Assembly: GCA_003344405.1 (NCBI GenBank)
Contig: NOWV01000158.1
Span: 1 to 64,000, forward strand
Direction: 5' to 3'
Source of the DNA: Trichoplax sp. H2
Lineage: Eukaryota
DNA: 64,000 nt
Part shown: piece by piece, positions 1-23,655 of the stretch
Position numbering within the stretch: the first letter of the stretch is position 1
Layout of the letters: each line of letters opens with the position of its first letter
Notes under the pieces: model-generated
What the model saw: the letters and a program-made list of their open reading frames with translations, nothing else
The model's database searches: none
Told to the model about the DNA's origin: nothing
Translations under genes and position numbers: made by a program

Positions 1-356
1 TGTACTGTACATGCATCAGATTTTTCGAAAAATACAAGCATGGCTATGAAGTTATCTACAAATTAATTTAATTTATACCGTACACGCGTATAATAATTAT
101 TATACAATGCACCCTAAAATCGATTGCAGAGACTTGCAAGAGAATTTTTCCTAGAAACTTCTACTTAATCCAGTAAAACCCCACGATATCTCTGGGTAGA
201 AACAAGTTGATTAAGCCATGCGCTGAATGTTGAAAAGCAATCGGAATCCACCTATGCTATAGACGAAGTTGATTTATGCTAATTATTTCAAAATTGGACA
301 ACCTACAGTACGCTAGAGACTCTCTAATAGGGTCTCTTAACTGCACACGATCCAGA

Positions 357-1979
357 GTACAGTACAGTACTGTACAGTACCACTATGAGTCGTTGATAGA
401 CCTGGTCACTCTAAAAACTAAGATACAGTACTGTACAGTACACTGAGTACAGTACACTAGTTAATAACAGTTTACAGTACAGTATATGGTACAGTACAGT
501 ACTGTACGGTACAGTGTAGTGTACTGTACAGTACTGTACTGTGTAATTATTCCAGTACAGTACAATACAGTATACAGTAATTACAATTATCGCGCTCACG
601 TGCAATTCTGTAACGAGAAGCCCCACCCGTTTAGTGCAAAATCCAAATCGATACAGTACTTTCCTACAGTACTGTACACTGTGCAGTACAGTATGTACTG
701 TAGTTTTCAGTTCAGTCACGTTGAAAGTACTGTACAGTGTACAGTACAGTACTCTGTCTATGGGTACCAATACTAAACAAATACGTTATTTATTTAGTAG
801 CAGCTAATTTGGGTGTCAATCATGTACTGAACAGTGTTCTATCTGCACGATACAGTTAAAACTAGTTGAAACGACCAGTAAAATAGTTGGCCTCTCCATT
901 TTGAGCACAGTAAAAAAAGTCCATTTCCCGTCCCTCTCTTTCTTTTTACTGTCAAGGTAGTGGTTCTGCGTGCTGTACATACAGTACAATAAGTACTACT
1001 TGTACAGTACTGTACTGGACATTTGACTACAGTCAATAGTACTGTACTGTACGTACAGTACAGTAGTCCATGGTAGTGTACAGTACAGTACAGACTACGG
1101 TACTGTTCAGTATTTGCTAAATGGGTGATTTTGGGTTTTTCACATACATGTACAGTAGAATGCATTCTGACTAAGGCAACAGCACTGTGGAGACACTTCA
1201 GTTCTAGTACTGTACAGTACTGTACAGTGCAGTACAGTACGTACTGTACAGTACTGTACTGTATTCACTAGGGTCATGACCTATAGGATTACAGTACAGT
1301 ACGATTCACTCGTGTTTACTGTACTGTACAGTACAGTACCTCTACCGCACAGTAATGTACTGTACACTGTACAGTACTGTATTGCTTAAAGCTGCTTAAC
1401 TGCTTGATTTGAACTTGTAGTACTGTACACTAGTGTACAGTACATTTGTAAAAGTTTAGAACTAAGATACAGTTCAGTACAGTACAATGTACATTTATTT
1501 TCAATAAAAGCATTCACGGTAAGTGATTGTGTGAACACGTCAGGAACATTATTTGTTATGTTATAATAATAATTATTATTATTATTATTACAGCATATTA
1601 TAAGAAAGTTACGGCATCGGCCATAGGGGAAAAAATGAACTAGAAGTAGGATTGCTGGACCTCATTTTTGTCTCGCTTTATTACAGCTATAATACGAAAA
1701 GTTGTTTCTCATTTTTATCACGACGCCACGCTGATCACTTTTAGTATAGTACAGTATTGTATTAATGGTTTCCTACAGTACAGTACTTCAGCACTACAGT
1801 ACAGCGTACTGTACGTACTGTACTGTACTGTACTGTACTGTAGCTGTTAACAGACGCTGGGTCCATCATTACAGTGAATAAGTCATCATGTACAGTACTC
1901 CCACGTCCATACTGTACACTACACTGTACAGTATGGACGTCAAGTGTACTGTACACTGTACTGTACAGTATGGACGTCA
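357..1979. repeat. Low-complexity field of CAGTA/TACTG pentamers forming TACTGTACAGTA palindromes upstream of FoxJ2/3
   Basis: Many copies of tactgtacagta, cagtacagtac and tactgtactg, mainly at ~357-770, ~980-1490 and ~1740-1975. They generate the spurious 'YCTVLYSTVQ' ORFs in the track. Confidence 0.9.
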
Positions 1980-2217
1980 GTGGTGCGCATTTTTAGAGGC
2001 TGTCTTTGACGAGATTGACAACTTGCCAATCAATACTGTTCAATTTGCATAATTTCGCCCACCGTAGAATTTGTACTGTACGCCGCGCCGCGTTCAGTAC
2101 CAGTATGAGGCAACAAAGTGAATCGACCTGGTCGAGCGAGAGTGGTCGAATCACCCCTCTCAAGTGTGTGACAGTACAGTACAGTAGAAGCGACGTGAAG
2201 TCGACTAGTGTATTATT

Positions 2218-10468
<8,251 letters not shown>

Positions 10469-13400
10469 GAGCAAATGATTAAATAATTTGTAAGTTTTTT
10501 GTTCGCTTTAATCCACTTAGAACGACAAAGACGAATACAAGTACATACTTTTTTTGTGTATATATATTGTTGCCAAGTTAGTGGCTGTTACATTGCGAAA
10601 GTTTAATTTTGTGGTATGATCTGTACCAGCTTGTTCAACGAGCTAGTGTAATGTAAAACCACCTGTATCATGTATAATGAAAGATGGGTTCATGTTATTA
10701 GTTTACAGTTAATCACGAAGATCTGAAATGTGCGTTATCTTACTTAACTTTAATTTAAATCCTGTATCGATAAATAATAATGGCATGGTCTTTTATTGCT
10801 TTATCTTGGGATTTGTTACTCCTCGATTCTATGTCTTTCAAAATATTGGAGTGAATGTACAGTAGATAGATCCCTAGTGTACAGTATATTCATAGGCTTG
10901 TGTAGATTACATATTGCATTTTTTGGCCATGACAAGATGCAATTATGTTGGTATTCAAAGTTTTGTTTTTTTCTGCTTGGCCATGTTGTAGTTATAGTAT
11001 ATCAGGATTTCTATATCATTGATATATATATATATTGATTGTTAGTAGACTTTTAGAAGTACTTAATTCTCATCTTTACTAATGAGACGAAAGAAAATGG
11101 TTACAATTTTGTGTCTTGTTGTCTTCATATTATTACAGTAATGATGATATGTTGCGATCTCTATGCAGTTTTGTTTAATTTATTATGATAATACAGTAAC
11201 TACTTTAAATCTACGTTATGTTCTACCTTATACTGAATGAAACACGATTTCATTATTGTTATGCATTTAAACTGTTGCACCTCGAATTGTTTAACGAAGG
11301 CATCAGAATTTAACTGCCTAAAAGAGAAGGCGATGACAGTAATTGTTAAGAAAATTAGTTGAAAAATTAGAATCGTAAATGTTATATTTATCGTTAAGAT
11401 CCAAAATTGAATAAAGTTAAAATATTTCTTGACATTTTGCAAACGGAATTTTTTTATACCTATTCCCTGTAGTACTTGCATTTAATATCGCCTCATTTGG
11501 CTATGATTTTAGGTTTATTTTATCGATATATGTAGCGAGCTTTGACAATGATACTCGTATATTAAATAGCAAAACTGAGGCTTTTTGATAATCTTCATTT
11601 ATATAAAAATGATCCATATACAGTAGTCTCTAAGACCGCGGTACATCATACTTTTAATAGCCCATCAGATATGTCCATTGTATAGTATTAATCGTAACAG
11701 TAGAATTAAATAAAACAATTCGAACTAAAGTAATTTATTGCGCAATAATATAGCTAGTTAACTAGCTTCCAGTTTGATTGGGTGATTTAGAAAGTAATTA
11801 TCATTGATAATTACTCTAATTACATGAGTCTATCTATTTACTAATGGACAATTACATGCACATCTAAAATTTAGAATAGAGTATTCGTATACAGACAGTA
11901 TCAAGAACATTCCGAATAAATCTTTGCTATTTAACAATATTAACAAGTCCAATGATCACGATAATATCCATGAGCTATGCTTTCAGCGCGTATTATATAA
12001 GAATATAGGTATGAATACGATATTGTTCTGAATAATCTGGTTAAGCAATTGAAAATTATAACAAATTTGTTAGTAATGTTTGCCGCCGGTTGCTAATAGT
12101 GTTGAATGCACGCCGCTATGCAATATGCAAGATATCAGCCGCACGAATTTATTAAATCAACAGATTGGTGAATCCTTGAGAGTAAATACATATAAATTCT
12201 TCTTTATACTATTTGATATCATGCACCTGAGTACTGATAACGTTAAAGCTTTACTACTGTATGATGGAGGGAATTTCACAGTCCAGAATTTATTAACTTC
12301 CTGGTTAAGCAAATGCTTAAACGCAGTTATCAGACTTGATATCGTTATATAGTTTCAGCCAATGAATATTGTTCGTATTGAGCTGCTGGTGTATACGAGT
12401 AAAAAAATATGAAATACTCGATACAACTCATGAATTTACGGTGCTGTAGTAAATTACTGTTTGTGCAAATGCTAGAAAACCCGATAAAAGACTTATGTTA
12501 TCCATAAGTATCAATTGCCAAATGATTTGAATGTTAGGAGGCATAAATGAAATAATCAGCTAATCTACACATTTGCTGTATGTAAGATCTTAGACTTTCG
12601 ACTCTGATAATTAATTTACACGTATACGCTGATAAAACTGCAGCCTTCATATCTAATTTATTGGTTATAGCATGCAACTAAATTTTCTTGAACATCACTC
12701 TAAAGCTGATATGTGAATATTGAACTCTTAGCAAGATAAAGCCAAAGTATAACATCTTATCCATCCATAATATAGTGTCTACGTTATAATACTCTAGCTT
12801 AGATAACCCTGAAGGACTTCTGATACGTCATTCTCAGCTATAGTTATTTTATGGTATTTTTATACTTTTAAGAGCTAAAACATCAACTACAATACATGGA
12901 CTAGCCATTCATATTACAGGTCAAGCACTAGCATGCCACATTAATATTAGTCGCATAAAAGCATCTAATCCAATGCATTCTAGCATGTAATCCACGCATT
13001 ACTGGACTATTACAATAGTATACGAGTACTACAAATTAGTAATGCTTAAAGGATAGATACATATGATTTCGATGCTGTGTTTTTAATTAATCTATAAAAT
13101 GTCATCTATTCTTTCCTTTATTCTACATTTTTATAATGGGATGTTATCTAATTAGATAATAGGTAAGCATTTTTTAAACAATAGCCCACGCTATAGATAA
13201 CAATATATCATTTGTTTAGAGAAGAATACTATCCATCCGCCTCTGGGTTGTCAATGACGCTAAAAGACCCATTCTTCCACTTCATCAACATAGCTATCAA
13301 TCTTATGCCAGACAGAATTAGCATTTTAAGTACTCTACGTCAGAACTAACAAGTTAATAGACTATACGATGACCAAAGGAGACTGTAAGTTATATTATAT

Positions 13401-14873
13401 AACCGTTTGTATCATAATTGCCATAATATAGTCTTGAAAGCTTGTGTCATCTTACAATAAATTCCATCTTTCACAGATTAATTACGTTCAACCGCACGAA
13501 TGAATAATTATTTAAGTGGCGATGGCTGTAATTCTAATCTAAACTATTTCAAGTACTGATAATTTCGTTAAATGAGAAAGGTAAGAGATAGGCAGAAATT
13601 TGGCGAGCTTAAAAGGAATGTGTTTATTAGAATCAGCGATTTTCTTGTTACCCTTACGGTAGTCAACTTGCCCATTCACCAACTTGTTATATTGTTGTTA
13701 TCTTTAGTCTATTATTAATTGAAGTAATTACTATATCATTACATGTACGTATATATATAAATAATATACTGTATACTAACGCTGTTGTTATGGGCACCAC
13801 AGCGCTAACGTGAATCAACATAACACTGCCATCGACTATGTTGTTAATGATGTTAAGCTTAAGCTGATTCGACTGCGGTAATATGAATAAAATAGCGACG
13901 CTTAAGTAATGCCGAAATATTTTTAAAATGATAGATAAAATGATCGACTAGCATGATGAAAGGAGAAACGATATCATATACTCCTTCATTTTGGATACGA
14001 ATCTACTACATCTTATAGCTTCGATCATATCTATTTCTTGTAAATATACATTATTAAAAGCATTGATAGAATAGAATGTTAGAAACTTCTACTTCTAGAG
14101 AAGGTGGATTTGTAATCGTATAATGATTAGAAAATGATGGATCACTGAAATTCGTACATCTATGTTATCGGGGTCAACAATATCTTATAAATCACTTTAC
14201 TCTTAATAGAACGTGGGTAATATTTGCGATGATGTAAATATTATCTTCTGCTATGAATACTACCACTACATTATAGCAACTATGAATCGAGGTTCTTAAG
14301 AGGATAGCAGAATAGTTCAGGGCATCCGCTAGCTGAATTGTTGCTAATCCTTCCGATAATATGATATAATCTGAGTTAGACTGTACATTCGATCATACAG
14401 ATGAAGTCATTCTTATGCTATACAGCAATATGAACAATAATCTTAATGTACGAGTAATGTACTCGTATAACCGTTTCCATGTTACGAATTTAATTGTTGC
14501 TAACATACCATTACAAATTTAATTTAAGAATTCATATTGCGATGAAAATAAAGTCAATCTTATATTAATAAGAATGTAACTTTCCTATAAATTAAAATTA
14601 AATCATGGTGTAACTATTTCAACCCGCAATTAAGGCATTTCTTATCCTATCGGTATAACGTTAACCTAAACATTTCATATAACAGAACTAAAGTTAGAGC
14701 ATTTTAAAATGTATAGTCCATCGTAATGTTTCGCTATAGTAATAAAATTAAGCTTCTCAAGTCTCTAAGGACATCAATTATTCGAAACGATACTGATTTT
14801 AATATTACTAAGTAGTTCTAGGAAAGATTTTAAGTTTCAGTTATCATTTTAAATCCGACTATTTTATTACTAG

Positions 14874-17800
14874 ATGGAAGACGAGGAGATTCAACAGATT
14901 AATAAAAGATTAGAAAGTGATGGAATAGATGCAACTGCTACTGCTGAATTGAAATTGCGATATGTATGGAGGAAATTATGCCAAGCTGAAGAACAATTGC
15001 AACATGCTATGCAAGATATTGATGATATCAATGATCGCCATTTTAACGAAAAATCTCAACTGGAAGATTATTTACAACATTGCCAAACGTTAATGAATGA
15101 ATTTCAAGAATATACCGTTGAGATGGCTAAAGCAAAGCAATCAAGCGCGAATAACTCTCACAATTCAAAATTTTCCGCCTATTCAGTGATTAAATCCAAT
15201 ATTAGTATGTCGACACCATTAGCTAAAGGTCGCAATGGAGTTTCTAGTCCATCCAGTACCTTTAGCAGCCCATATATCAGCCCTAGAGAAGAGAAATATC
15301 GAGATATAACCAACACGAATAAGTCTTCCATGGATTCCGTCCTAGCTAATATTAAGCTTGAGCAAGTGCAATGTTATAACGATGAACTAAAGGAAAAAGT
15401 AATTACAACAGTAGATTAACTTTTAGCTGACTTTTAAAAATGAGGCTTGTTTAATAACTTTATAAATTGTTAAAATATCTACTATATAACGAACTTGACT
15501 ACAAATGATTCTGATTTAGATCAGATTAGTTCCTTTACAATAATTCGTCAAGATATATTTTAACTGAGCAATTTATTCTAGAAGAAGTGTTAACCTACTT
15601 CCGATCGTATCATGTAGAGAGAGACATTGCATACTATTATTCGTAACGTTACATTCAGCTGATAATAGATTAGCTATAATTACTGATGGTAATTAATGGT
15701 ATTAAAGCTTATTACTCGTAGCAATCAACAGCGATATACTGTACAGTATGATAAGGAAATGATCTGTTCTAGTAGAAGATGTTGATGTCCATCTTTCGAG
15801 ATTATACCAGGAAGAAGATGCATGGGATACTCATTTGTTAACCAGTTTGGCTATAAACAATGATATCGATCAGTAGCATTAAAAACTATTACTTTACAAC
15901 GGTGAATCGAGATGTATGCTAAAAAATAGTTTTAGTCGTAAGTACTGACATACTTTAACTATACAAGATACGTTTGATACTGTGCTGCTTGATTGAACGT
16001 ACAGTATAATTGGCTATAATTACTAATATCGATTAGCTCGGCAGCTTGAATAACAATTCCATTCAAAATTTTTTCTATAATATTGAATTTGTGAAGCAAT
16101 TTCGAGTTAACAATATCTATAGTTATAGCTAAAGCTGGATTTCAAAGTAATTACGACTAAATACTATCTTGGATCTATTGATTAATTGTTCGATTCGATG
16201 TATAAAATTTGACTATTAACTTATTTCATTAATTTAGGGTAAATTAATTAAAGAATAAAGAATGTAGATAAAGTTGATCAATTATCATATCTATTAAATG
16301 ATGTAGCTTAACCTTCTTATAATTAATGTTATAGGTAAAGCAGCTGAATAAAACGCTCAAAGTAGAGCGTGATCGAGCCATGACACGCGATGTCGAACAT
16401 CAAATTGCCATAAACAAAATTAAGATTACAAGCGAACAAATGGCAACTAATAAAAAATTTAATTTGGTAAGTTAGTTTAATGGCCATTGAAGAAAAATTT
16501 CTACTCCTGTGAATATTTCAAGATGTTATCGTGGTTACTGTAGTCGTTTTAATTTAGCAGAGTAGTATAATACGACTTACGTATCTAAATGTAGCAAAAA
16601 CTAGAGTATATTGCTATAAACTAATTCAAATTGATCTGAGTGATAGGATAACAAAACACGCAAGCTTTACAATTTAATCCGACTATAGATTAGCGTGTCA
16701 TATCATCATTCCATGCTTTGCAGCTAGTATATTTATATACATGAAATTGATAGTCCATTTAGTGATGACTTGAGTGATTGTAGCTATTCAGTTTACTTTA
16801 TTGGGTACTTCACTGTCTTTGGATTAGGAAGCAACATTGTATATTATTACGTTTAATCTGTAATGATGTTTAAATCTAGTTGAAGGTAATAGACCACATT
16901 AATAAAATGTGTTACGTCGATACAGATTGAAACAATTAGGATTACTATTTCAATTATTACGATACTGGCTTGTAATCATTTTAGTGTCTACCCAAAATAT
17001 AAAGTTCTGAACTGTTTTAATTTTGTAAGGAAAGACGGAATCAATTTATGATATAACGATACGGTAAATCGCTAACATTAATGTTTCTTCTTGATGTCTT
17101 TAGGATATATTTAAATTTACTGACTCTAACAAATTAGCAGACCAGATGTCCGAGAATAATGAAAGGTAAGGAGTCACTGTTTTTGTTTACCTATAAGTAT
17201 GTCGATGATGATCGGCTCATATCATTTTTAGGCTTAAATTAAGATGAAATTATGCAATGAGAATACAATACATAAAATTGTTATGATTAATTATATTAAT
17301 TCTAATTAATGGATTGTGATGGAGGGTTCGAAGAGTCAGATAATGTGGTTTTAGTTGCCATGCAGAGAATTGTACAAGGAGCTTAAGAAAAGAGGATACT
17401 TTATTGTAGATTGTAGCTAGGTACAGTGTGATAATTACGGTAGGTCAGTGTGTTAGCTGCCGTGAGTAAAGTGTGAATACTAACTGTGACTAATAATGCA
17501 ACTTAAAACAAATCTAAGGTAGAAAACGGCAGTATTTATAGCTATAGCATTAGAACACATGCAGAGAACATGATTGTAGGATTAGATACAACATATACCA
17601 TAACAGGTTATAGAATAGCAGATGATTGTAGAAAATAGCGAGGACTGTAATAACTAAATGTAGTAAGCCATATTTGAATGCAGAGCGAACAGACTGTAGA
17701 TATGTCTAAATATAAGATCAATACAACATGTCTATATTTAAGAGTAGAATATAGTTACAGTATATTCTAAATACACTACATGGATAATTACCGTGCTTGC

Positions 17801-20800
17801 CATTACGATATAGTGAATCATATAAAGAAAAGCTTTCTAACCTCGCCATGGAAAATGAAGTCTTGAAACATCAAGTTAATGCTATTGCAACTCAATTTAG
17901 CGATCGTTCAGAGCTATACGAGCAGATGCAGTCTGAAATAGATTTTACACAGAAACAAAATCACTTTATAAGACAGCGCTACGATCAACTTGTTTTCCAA
18001 CTTGAACAGGAGGTAAAAGTAGTCTATTGCTCATTTACTGGAAATTTTAAATTTAATACCTCTTAGTAAAGTTGTTATGGTGTTGTGTGTGCTTTGAGAC
18101 TAAAAGTATTGTGATCTGAGGTTTATAACGGAGAAAATAACTAGTACAGGTTCCAACATGTTTCTTTCAAATTTCAACTACTGTATAACTTAGTAGCCAA
18201 TTCATGATCAGGAGGGCATGGTTTTACATGGATCTAGTAACTAGATGAAGTTATAAGTGTGAATTTTATTATAACACAGTCTCATTTTTAAAGTTCTTGT
18301 ATAGATAACCTAAGTATACCTTAATTAGTACCGTGTTTAGATAATATGGTGAAAGGCGATGTTTATCTATCTAAATATGTAAGGCATACATAAGCTCGTT
18401 ATCAGTCGACATTCAAATAAACTATCGATCAGAAATGTCGAGATTGGCAAAATGCGAATTAGTTTTGATAATAATATACAGTACAGTAGTAATTCCGACA
18501 GCATAGCAATACAAACTAATTTGTAGCTAAGCTAGATAAACATTGCCTCATGTTAAGCCGGTAACATTATTAATGTATTCCGCTATTCATACAAACATAC
18601 GCGAATTACCGTATTGAATATGGCTTTCTTTCAATACTTTGTTGAATACTACAGAAGTCACAGAACGAATGTTTCCCATACTTTTTCAGTACAAAATTTG
18701 TATAAAATTGAGTCCAGAATGTATAGGAAACATGGAATTTTTTTCAATTTGGTGTATAATGCATTACTTAACGATAATTAGGCATAGCCTTTCAACCTAA
18801 ATTTTGCAAAATAACATCTAGCGTGCAAAGATGAATCTGCAATAAAGGGTTTATCCCCATTTCCGTTGTTCTTATCTAGATGAGCGATGCAGCTGATATA
18901 GAAATTCGAAATTGTCAAGAGAAATTAAGCCATTATCAGGATATGAGTGAAAGATATGCGGATGAATGTGATTGCTTAAGGATGCAAGTTCAAAAACTAC
19001 AACAGGAATTAGAAGCGACGTTGATTGCTAGTGCAGGAATAGAAAAAGTTTATTCGCAGAGTATTGATGACTTTAGGAAAGAAAAGATCAGGCTTGAGAA
19101 ATTACTGGAATTGAAGGATAATAAAGATAAGAAGCAGGTTTGCCAAATATAAGTATCCAGAATTAAAACGAGTTCTACTTATGAATTTTCATTCCTCTCT
19201 TAATCTTGAGAGTTGGATGTCAGCTATAGCTGATTGTTATATTCGGGTTATACTGCTTCTCTTCTGATCTCTGCTATAATCATTCTGGAACCTTAAGTTA
19301 ATAATTTCTATGGATAAGGTAGAAGTGATTCGTGATATTCACGATCGCTACTCGGTTTCTAGATTCGATAATTAAGTAATTCACGTATTAGATGCAGCCG
19401 GCCTCTATTCGAGTTTATTGTAGCTAAACTAACGATAATAACAAAATTGAGGCGTCTTAATTCAACAGTCTCTTAGATAGAATGCGGATAGGTCCACAAT
19501 TTGGAGTGGTATACCTTATTCAAGAAGAAAATATTAATTGTGAATTTATTTCTCCGCTTAGATTGACACAGTGGCTCGTTATAGCGGCAAACATATTGCT
19601 TTAGAGTGTCAAGTAAACCATTTAAAGAGCCAGTTGAAGAAATTTCAAGATCAAAATACTGAGTTGGAAAAGCAAGTAAGTGAATGGATATAGAAAATCC
19701 TACTACAATCCATCAGTAATTGATGGTCTATTAAAACAATGACATTAGCGTGGAATATAAGATAGGAATATGCAAATATAATAGAAGAATGAAATGAATA
19801 GGAATATTTAAAGTTATATTATGATTTTTTAATCGTATCATATCATACGGTATTTATTTTACTTTAAAGTCTAAATTTGATAAATAAGGAAATTATGTTT
19901 AAATTGTCGCCAAATATAGTTAAAAGCAACAAAGATTACATTCGAAGAGCGATTTAAGAACACTAATGATGATAATATTCGATTGGCCAATCAATTAAGC
20001 GAGAAAATCCAAGATATAAGAAAACAGGTGAGTCTAGATCTGTACTAATATTGCGTGGTTTAGATTTTGGTTACCATGAAGTAAGAATGGATGAATAGGA
20101 TCCACGATTTAGCTGTTGATGATGTTGGAATAATTTCTCTTACTAAATCTCTAATCTAGAGCTCGGAATATTAATTTCATCATTGTTCATCATTGACTCC
20201 CTTTGTTAATCTTGGTAGTCAATCATTACAGCTCATTTAATTCAATTTTGGATAATTCTATGCGAATAGGACGAAACGTTAGCGCAAATTAAGGATTGTT
20301 CAGCACGAGCAGAAAAGGATAAGGAAAAATTAAGGATAGAATTAGATAATCATAAATTACAGGTTGCAAGGTTTGAGCAAGAGGTAAATATTCTTGATTG
20401 TAAGCAGGTGATACTAAGGATCGATATACAAACAGAAGATGTAGAACTTCGCATTAGTTACATATATACATATAATATTCTTAGGATGATAATTCTAAAT
20501 AGAGTTTTTGCTGTTCTAGTTACAAATTAGTATTAAAAATACAAGATTAATGGAAGAGAAATTTTTGGAAGAACAACGCATAAAAAATGGTAAAATTTCC
20601 TTGAACATCATTATAAGTAGTTACATAGGAAAGCACTGTTATCTTTTTACCATAGATATAAATAACAAGCTTGTCCACCTTTATCTACTAAGATAATCTG
20701 GAATTGATAGTTGTTGACCATAAATGCATTATCTATGAATATTATTCGTAAGATTAAAGTAATTGTCCACTTTTTGTTGTTTCATTTTAGGTCTAACTGG

Positions 20801-23347
20801 CTGGATTGAAAAATGCAAAATAAAATTACAGCATTATAGAGTAGCTAAGAAAAGATTAATCAAGGAAAAATCTGTCAGGTTATGACAAAAGTATTTTAAA
20901 TTAATATCTAATCATGAAAATTGTTGACGAATATTCTCTTCAACTAACTTATATAGACATGCCCTACAAGAGAAAGTTAAAAAATCTGGTCGGCAAGTGA
21001 AGCTTTTACAAGAAAATCAGAAAAACTTCAAGGATATCATCGATCAATTACAAAAATCTGTTAATATTACTCAAAATGAATTAAGATTAAATCAAGCCCA
21101 GAAAGAAAATCTACAAAATTTGGTATAGTGGAATAGTAATTTAAATGATTTTAGACCAGTACTTGTATAGATTAGAGGATAGAATGGATTCGATCATTTC
21201 ATAGCAATCAAATTATAGTGAGAGTATCTTGTTTGATGCTTACTGACCGTATGCAGCGAATTTTATAGCCATCAGAGGCGAAATAGAATTGCAGAAGTTT
21301 ATCAAAGCTATATAACGTTGATATTGTCAAGGATACCTACTCTGATAACCATATGCCATTTTCAATTTTATTGCTGTTAGGAGTAAAATGTTAACGTACT
21401 CGTTTGCCATTTCTAATGAGATATAACTATGACTGAGTTAGTGGTAATAAATGGCAGCTGTTAAGCAAAATTTTATAGTCAATGATCACTCAACTCAGTA
21501 TAGCGAAGAAAATGTATAATACCACATATAAAATAGTAGTCACTTTTGCTAGATATCATTTAAATGTTGCCTGGAGATCCATGTGCAGGACTAATTACAA
21601 ACTAAATTAGAATAAAAAAATGTACTGTAGATTCATCAATATGAAATGATGTAGTTATACTGCTACTTTGAGCAAGAAATAAGAAGCAAAATCGCTATCA
21701 TTTTATTCACGTTTACCGGTTTCTTTATTTCATCTTGAAGCTAAATCAGAAACAAGGATCCATTTCGGTACTCCAACAACAAATTAAGCAAATGGAGCAA
21801 GAATGTTACGTCCTAACGACCAATTTTGAAGATGCAAGTAATCAGTTATCCGCTCGAGGCTACAGTCATAAAAATGCTATAACAGAGTTGATTGGTAAAA
21901 TGGAAGAGCAAAGGTAATATATAATCTTAGAGTATAATCAATCTTTCTTAAGTAGGCTATCATTAGTCCCAGATACGCATCATATTTCTGATATACACAG
22001 TAGTTTCCCAATGATTTACTCTTATAGCAAATCCTAAAATTAAAACTTTAGATACTACGTGCAGTAGATCTTTTAAAACAGAAAGTAATCCATGAATGAT
22101 ATCCATCATCCATAATAGATCATGGATAAATTTAAATTGGAGACTTTTTATCCCATAATTTTAATACACAGTCTGTAAAAGATACTATCTGGTAACGAGT
22201 TTTCCTTATTCTATAGCAAGAAGACTGACAATTTTACCTAAAATCCCCTAATTTTAAGTGTAGCTTTTATTTGTTAGAGTACTATTTGTATCAAGGTGTA
22301 TGGTATGTCGTTGGATAAATTGAGTATTTGCACCTATTCTAAATTATTTGAAGTTATTAGCAATGGAATTGAAGGCTTATATGTATGAAATCATCATTCC
22401 TGTAGATATTAATGACAATAGGAATTCACGGCTGTTATACTTTATCTTTGAATTTAGGGAAAGCTATGAAATTGAAAGGGGAAAGTTGGATAATATCATT
22501 CATAGCCTAGAGCATCAATTAGAGATTTATAATGAAAAATTAGGCGAATTTAATTCAATTCATGCTCGTCAGCAGCAAGCTATTTGCCATTTACTGGAGG
22601 AAAAGAAGCAACTGGAAGATCGGTAATGATGCAAATTCGTAATCTATATTATAATTATAATAATGGTTTAGTTTGCTTAGTAATTTTTGCATAAAATCAT
22701 ATACTTGAGCGCATCTATGCGAACATTTTATATTGGAGAATACAGTCGAAGATGATATTTGTAATGTCTGAATCATTGTATATTTGAATGTATATTTGCA
22801 TACTCCTTTTGAAAATACTACTGTAAATGAATGTACAGCAGGAGAAATGGCGTTGTGTTGATTTATCACCTGGTTATAATCTTATCTGTCTTTGTATACT
22901 TACTGTCTTCTATTTGATATGTAGTTTAACTCTCAAATCGCAATTGCAAGAGGACAATAGAATGCTGTTGGATAAAATTACTGCACAATTTGAAATTATT
23001 GAGAAAGAAAATCAGTTACTACAGGATAAAGCAAGGTCGTTGCAATTAGATAAAGAGAGATTGGGGAAAGAATTAGATAATAAGAATATCAACGTAAGTC
23101 CATTGAGATTATTAATTAAAAATGAGAGTTGAGGTTGTACCAGCTCAATGCAATACTTGAAATGTTTATTTTGTAGGATTCATCATGGGATGCAGAGAAT
23201 TTATATAGTAATCCATGGTATCACGTTAAATATCACGATGAAGATATCGATAGCGATCACTACAAGCAATTACATAAAAACTATAATATTGAGGAATTTC
23301 TAAATAGCCCTGGCAAGGGATCAAGCTTGCATGAATTTGATTATTAA
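14874..23347 (+). CDS. Long multi-exon coiled-coil protein; N-terminus tentatively resembles CCDC30-family proteins
   Basis: Frame-consistent exons include 14874-15398, 16335-16466, 17104-17165, 17814-18012, 18880-19137, several more through 23093, and a last exon 23177-23347 (TAA). Heptad-rich E/Q/K/L composition throughout. The segment LESDGIDATATAELKLRYVWRKL...EKSQLEDYLQHCQTL recalls CCDC30-like proteins from memory, not verified. The ATG directly follows an AG acceptor, so upstream exons are likely. Confidence 0.7.
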
Positions 23348-23655
23348 TTTTGCAGTATCAATGGTATCATTATTTATAGCTTATATCGATTTTATATCTT
23401 ATTAAACTTTTTTTGATGATAGTTTGCAATTTATCAAGGCAATTGTAATTCGGATATGTAAAGTTTAGCAGCTGTAATAAGGTAAAGATATTTTTGGATT
23501 ATTTTTGATTTTTCTAATTTTATTCTGTATACAATGAAGCTTTATTCTTCATTTTATACACTAGCCGTAATTACAATGATGTTGATTATATATTATTCCA
23601 AGCCTGCCTTATTATTTGGTAGTCTAATGTAAAGATTTTACTCTACCTCGCTATC

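Noticed and set aside
120-900. Possible divergent gene start on the minus strand (MERPTILLVVSTSFN near 899)
   Set aside because: No convincing downstream exon within the window and no recognisable homology.
411-1956. ORFs rich in Y/C/T/V/Q/S (also 47263-47715, 47855-48070, 49032-49286)
   Set aside because: They are translations of the CAGTA palindromic repeat fields, not real proteins.
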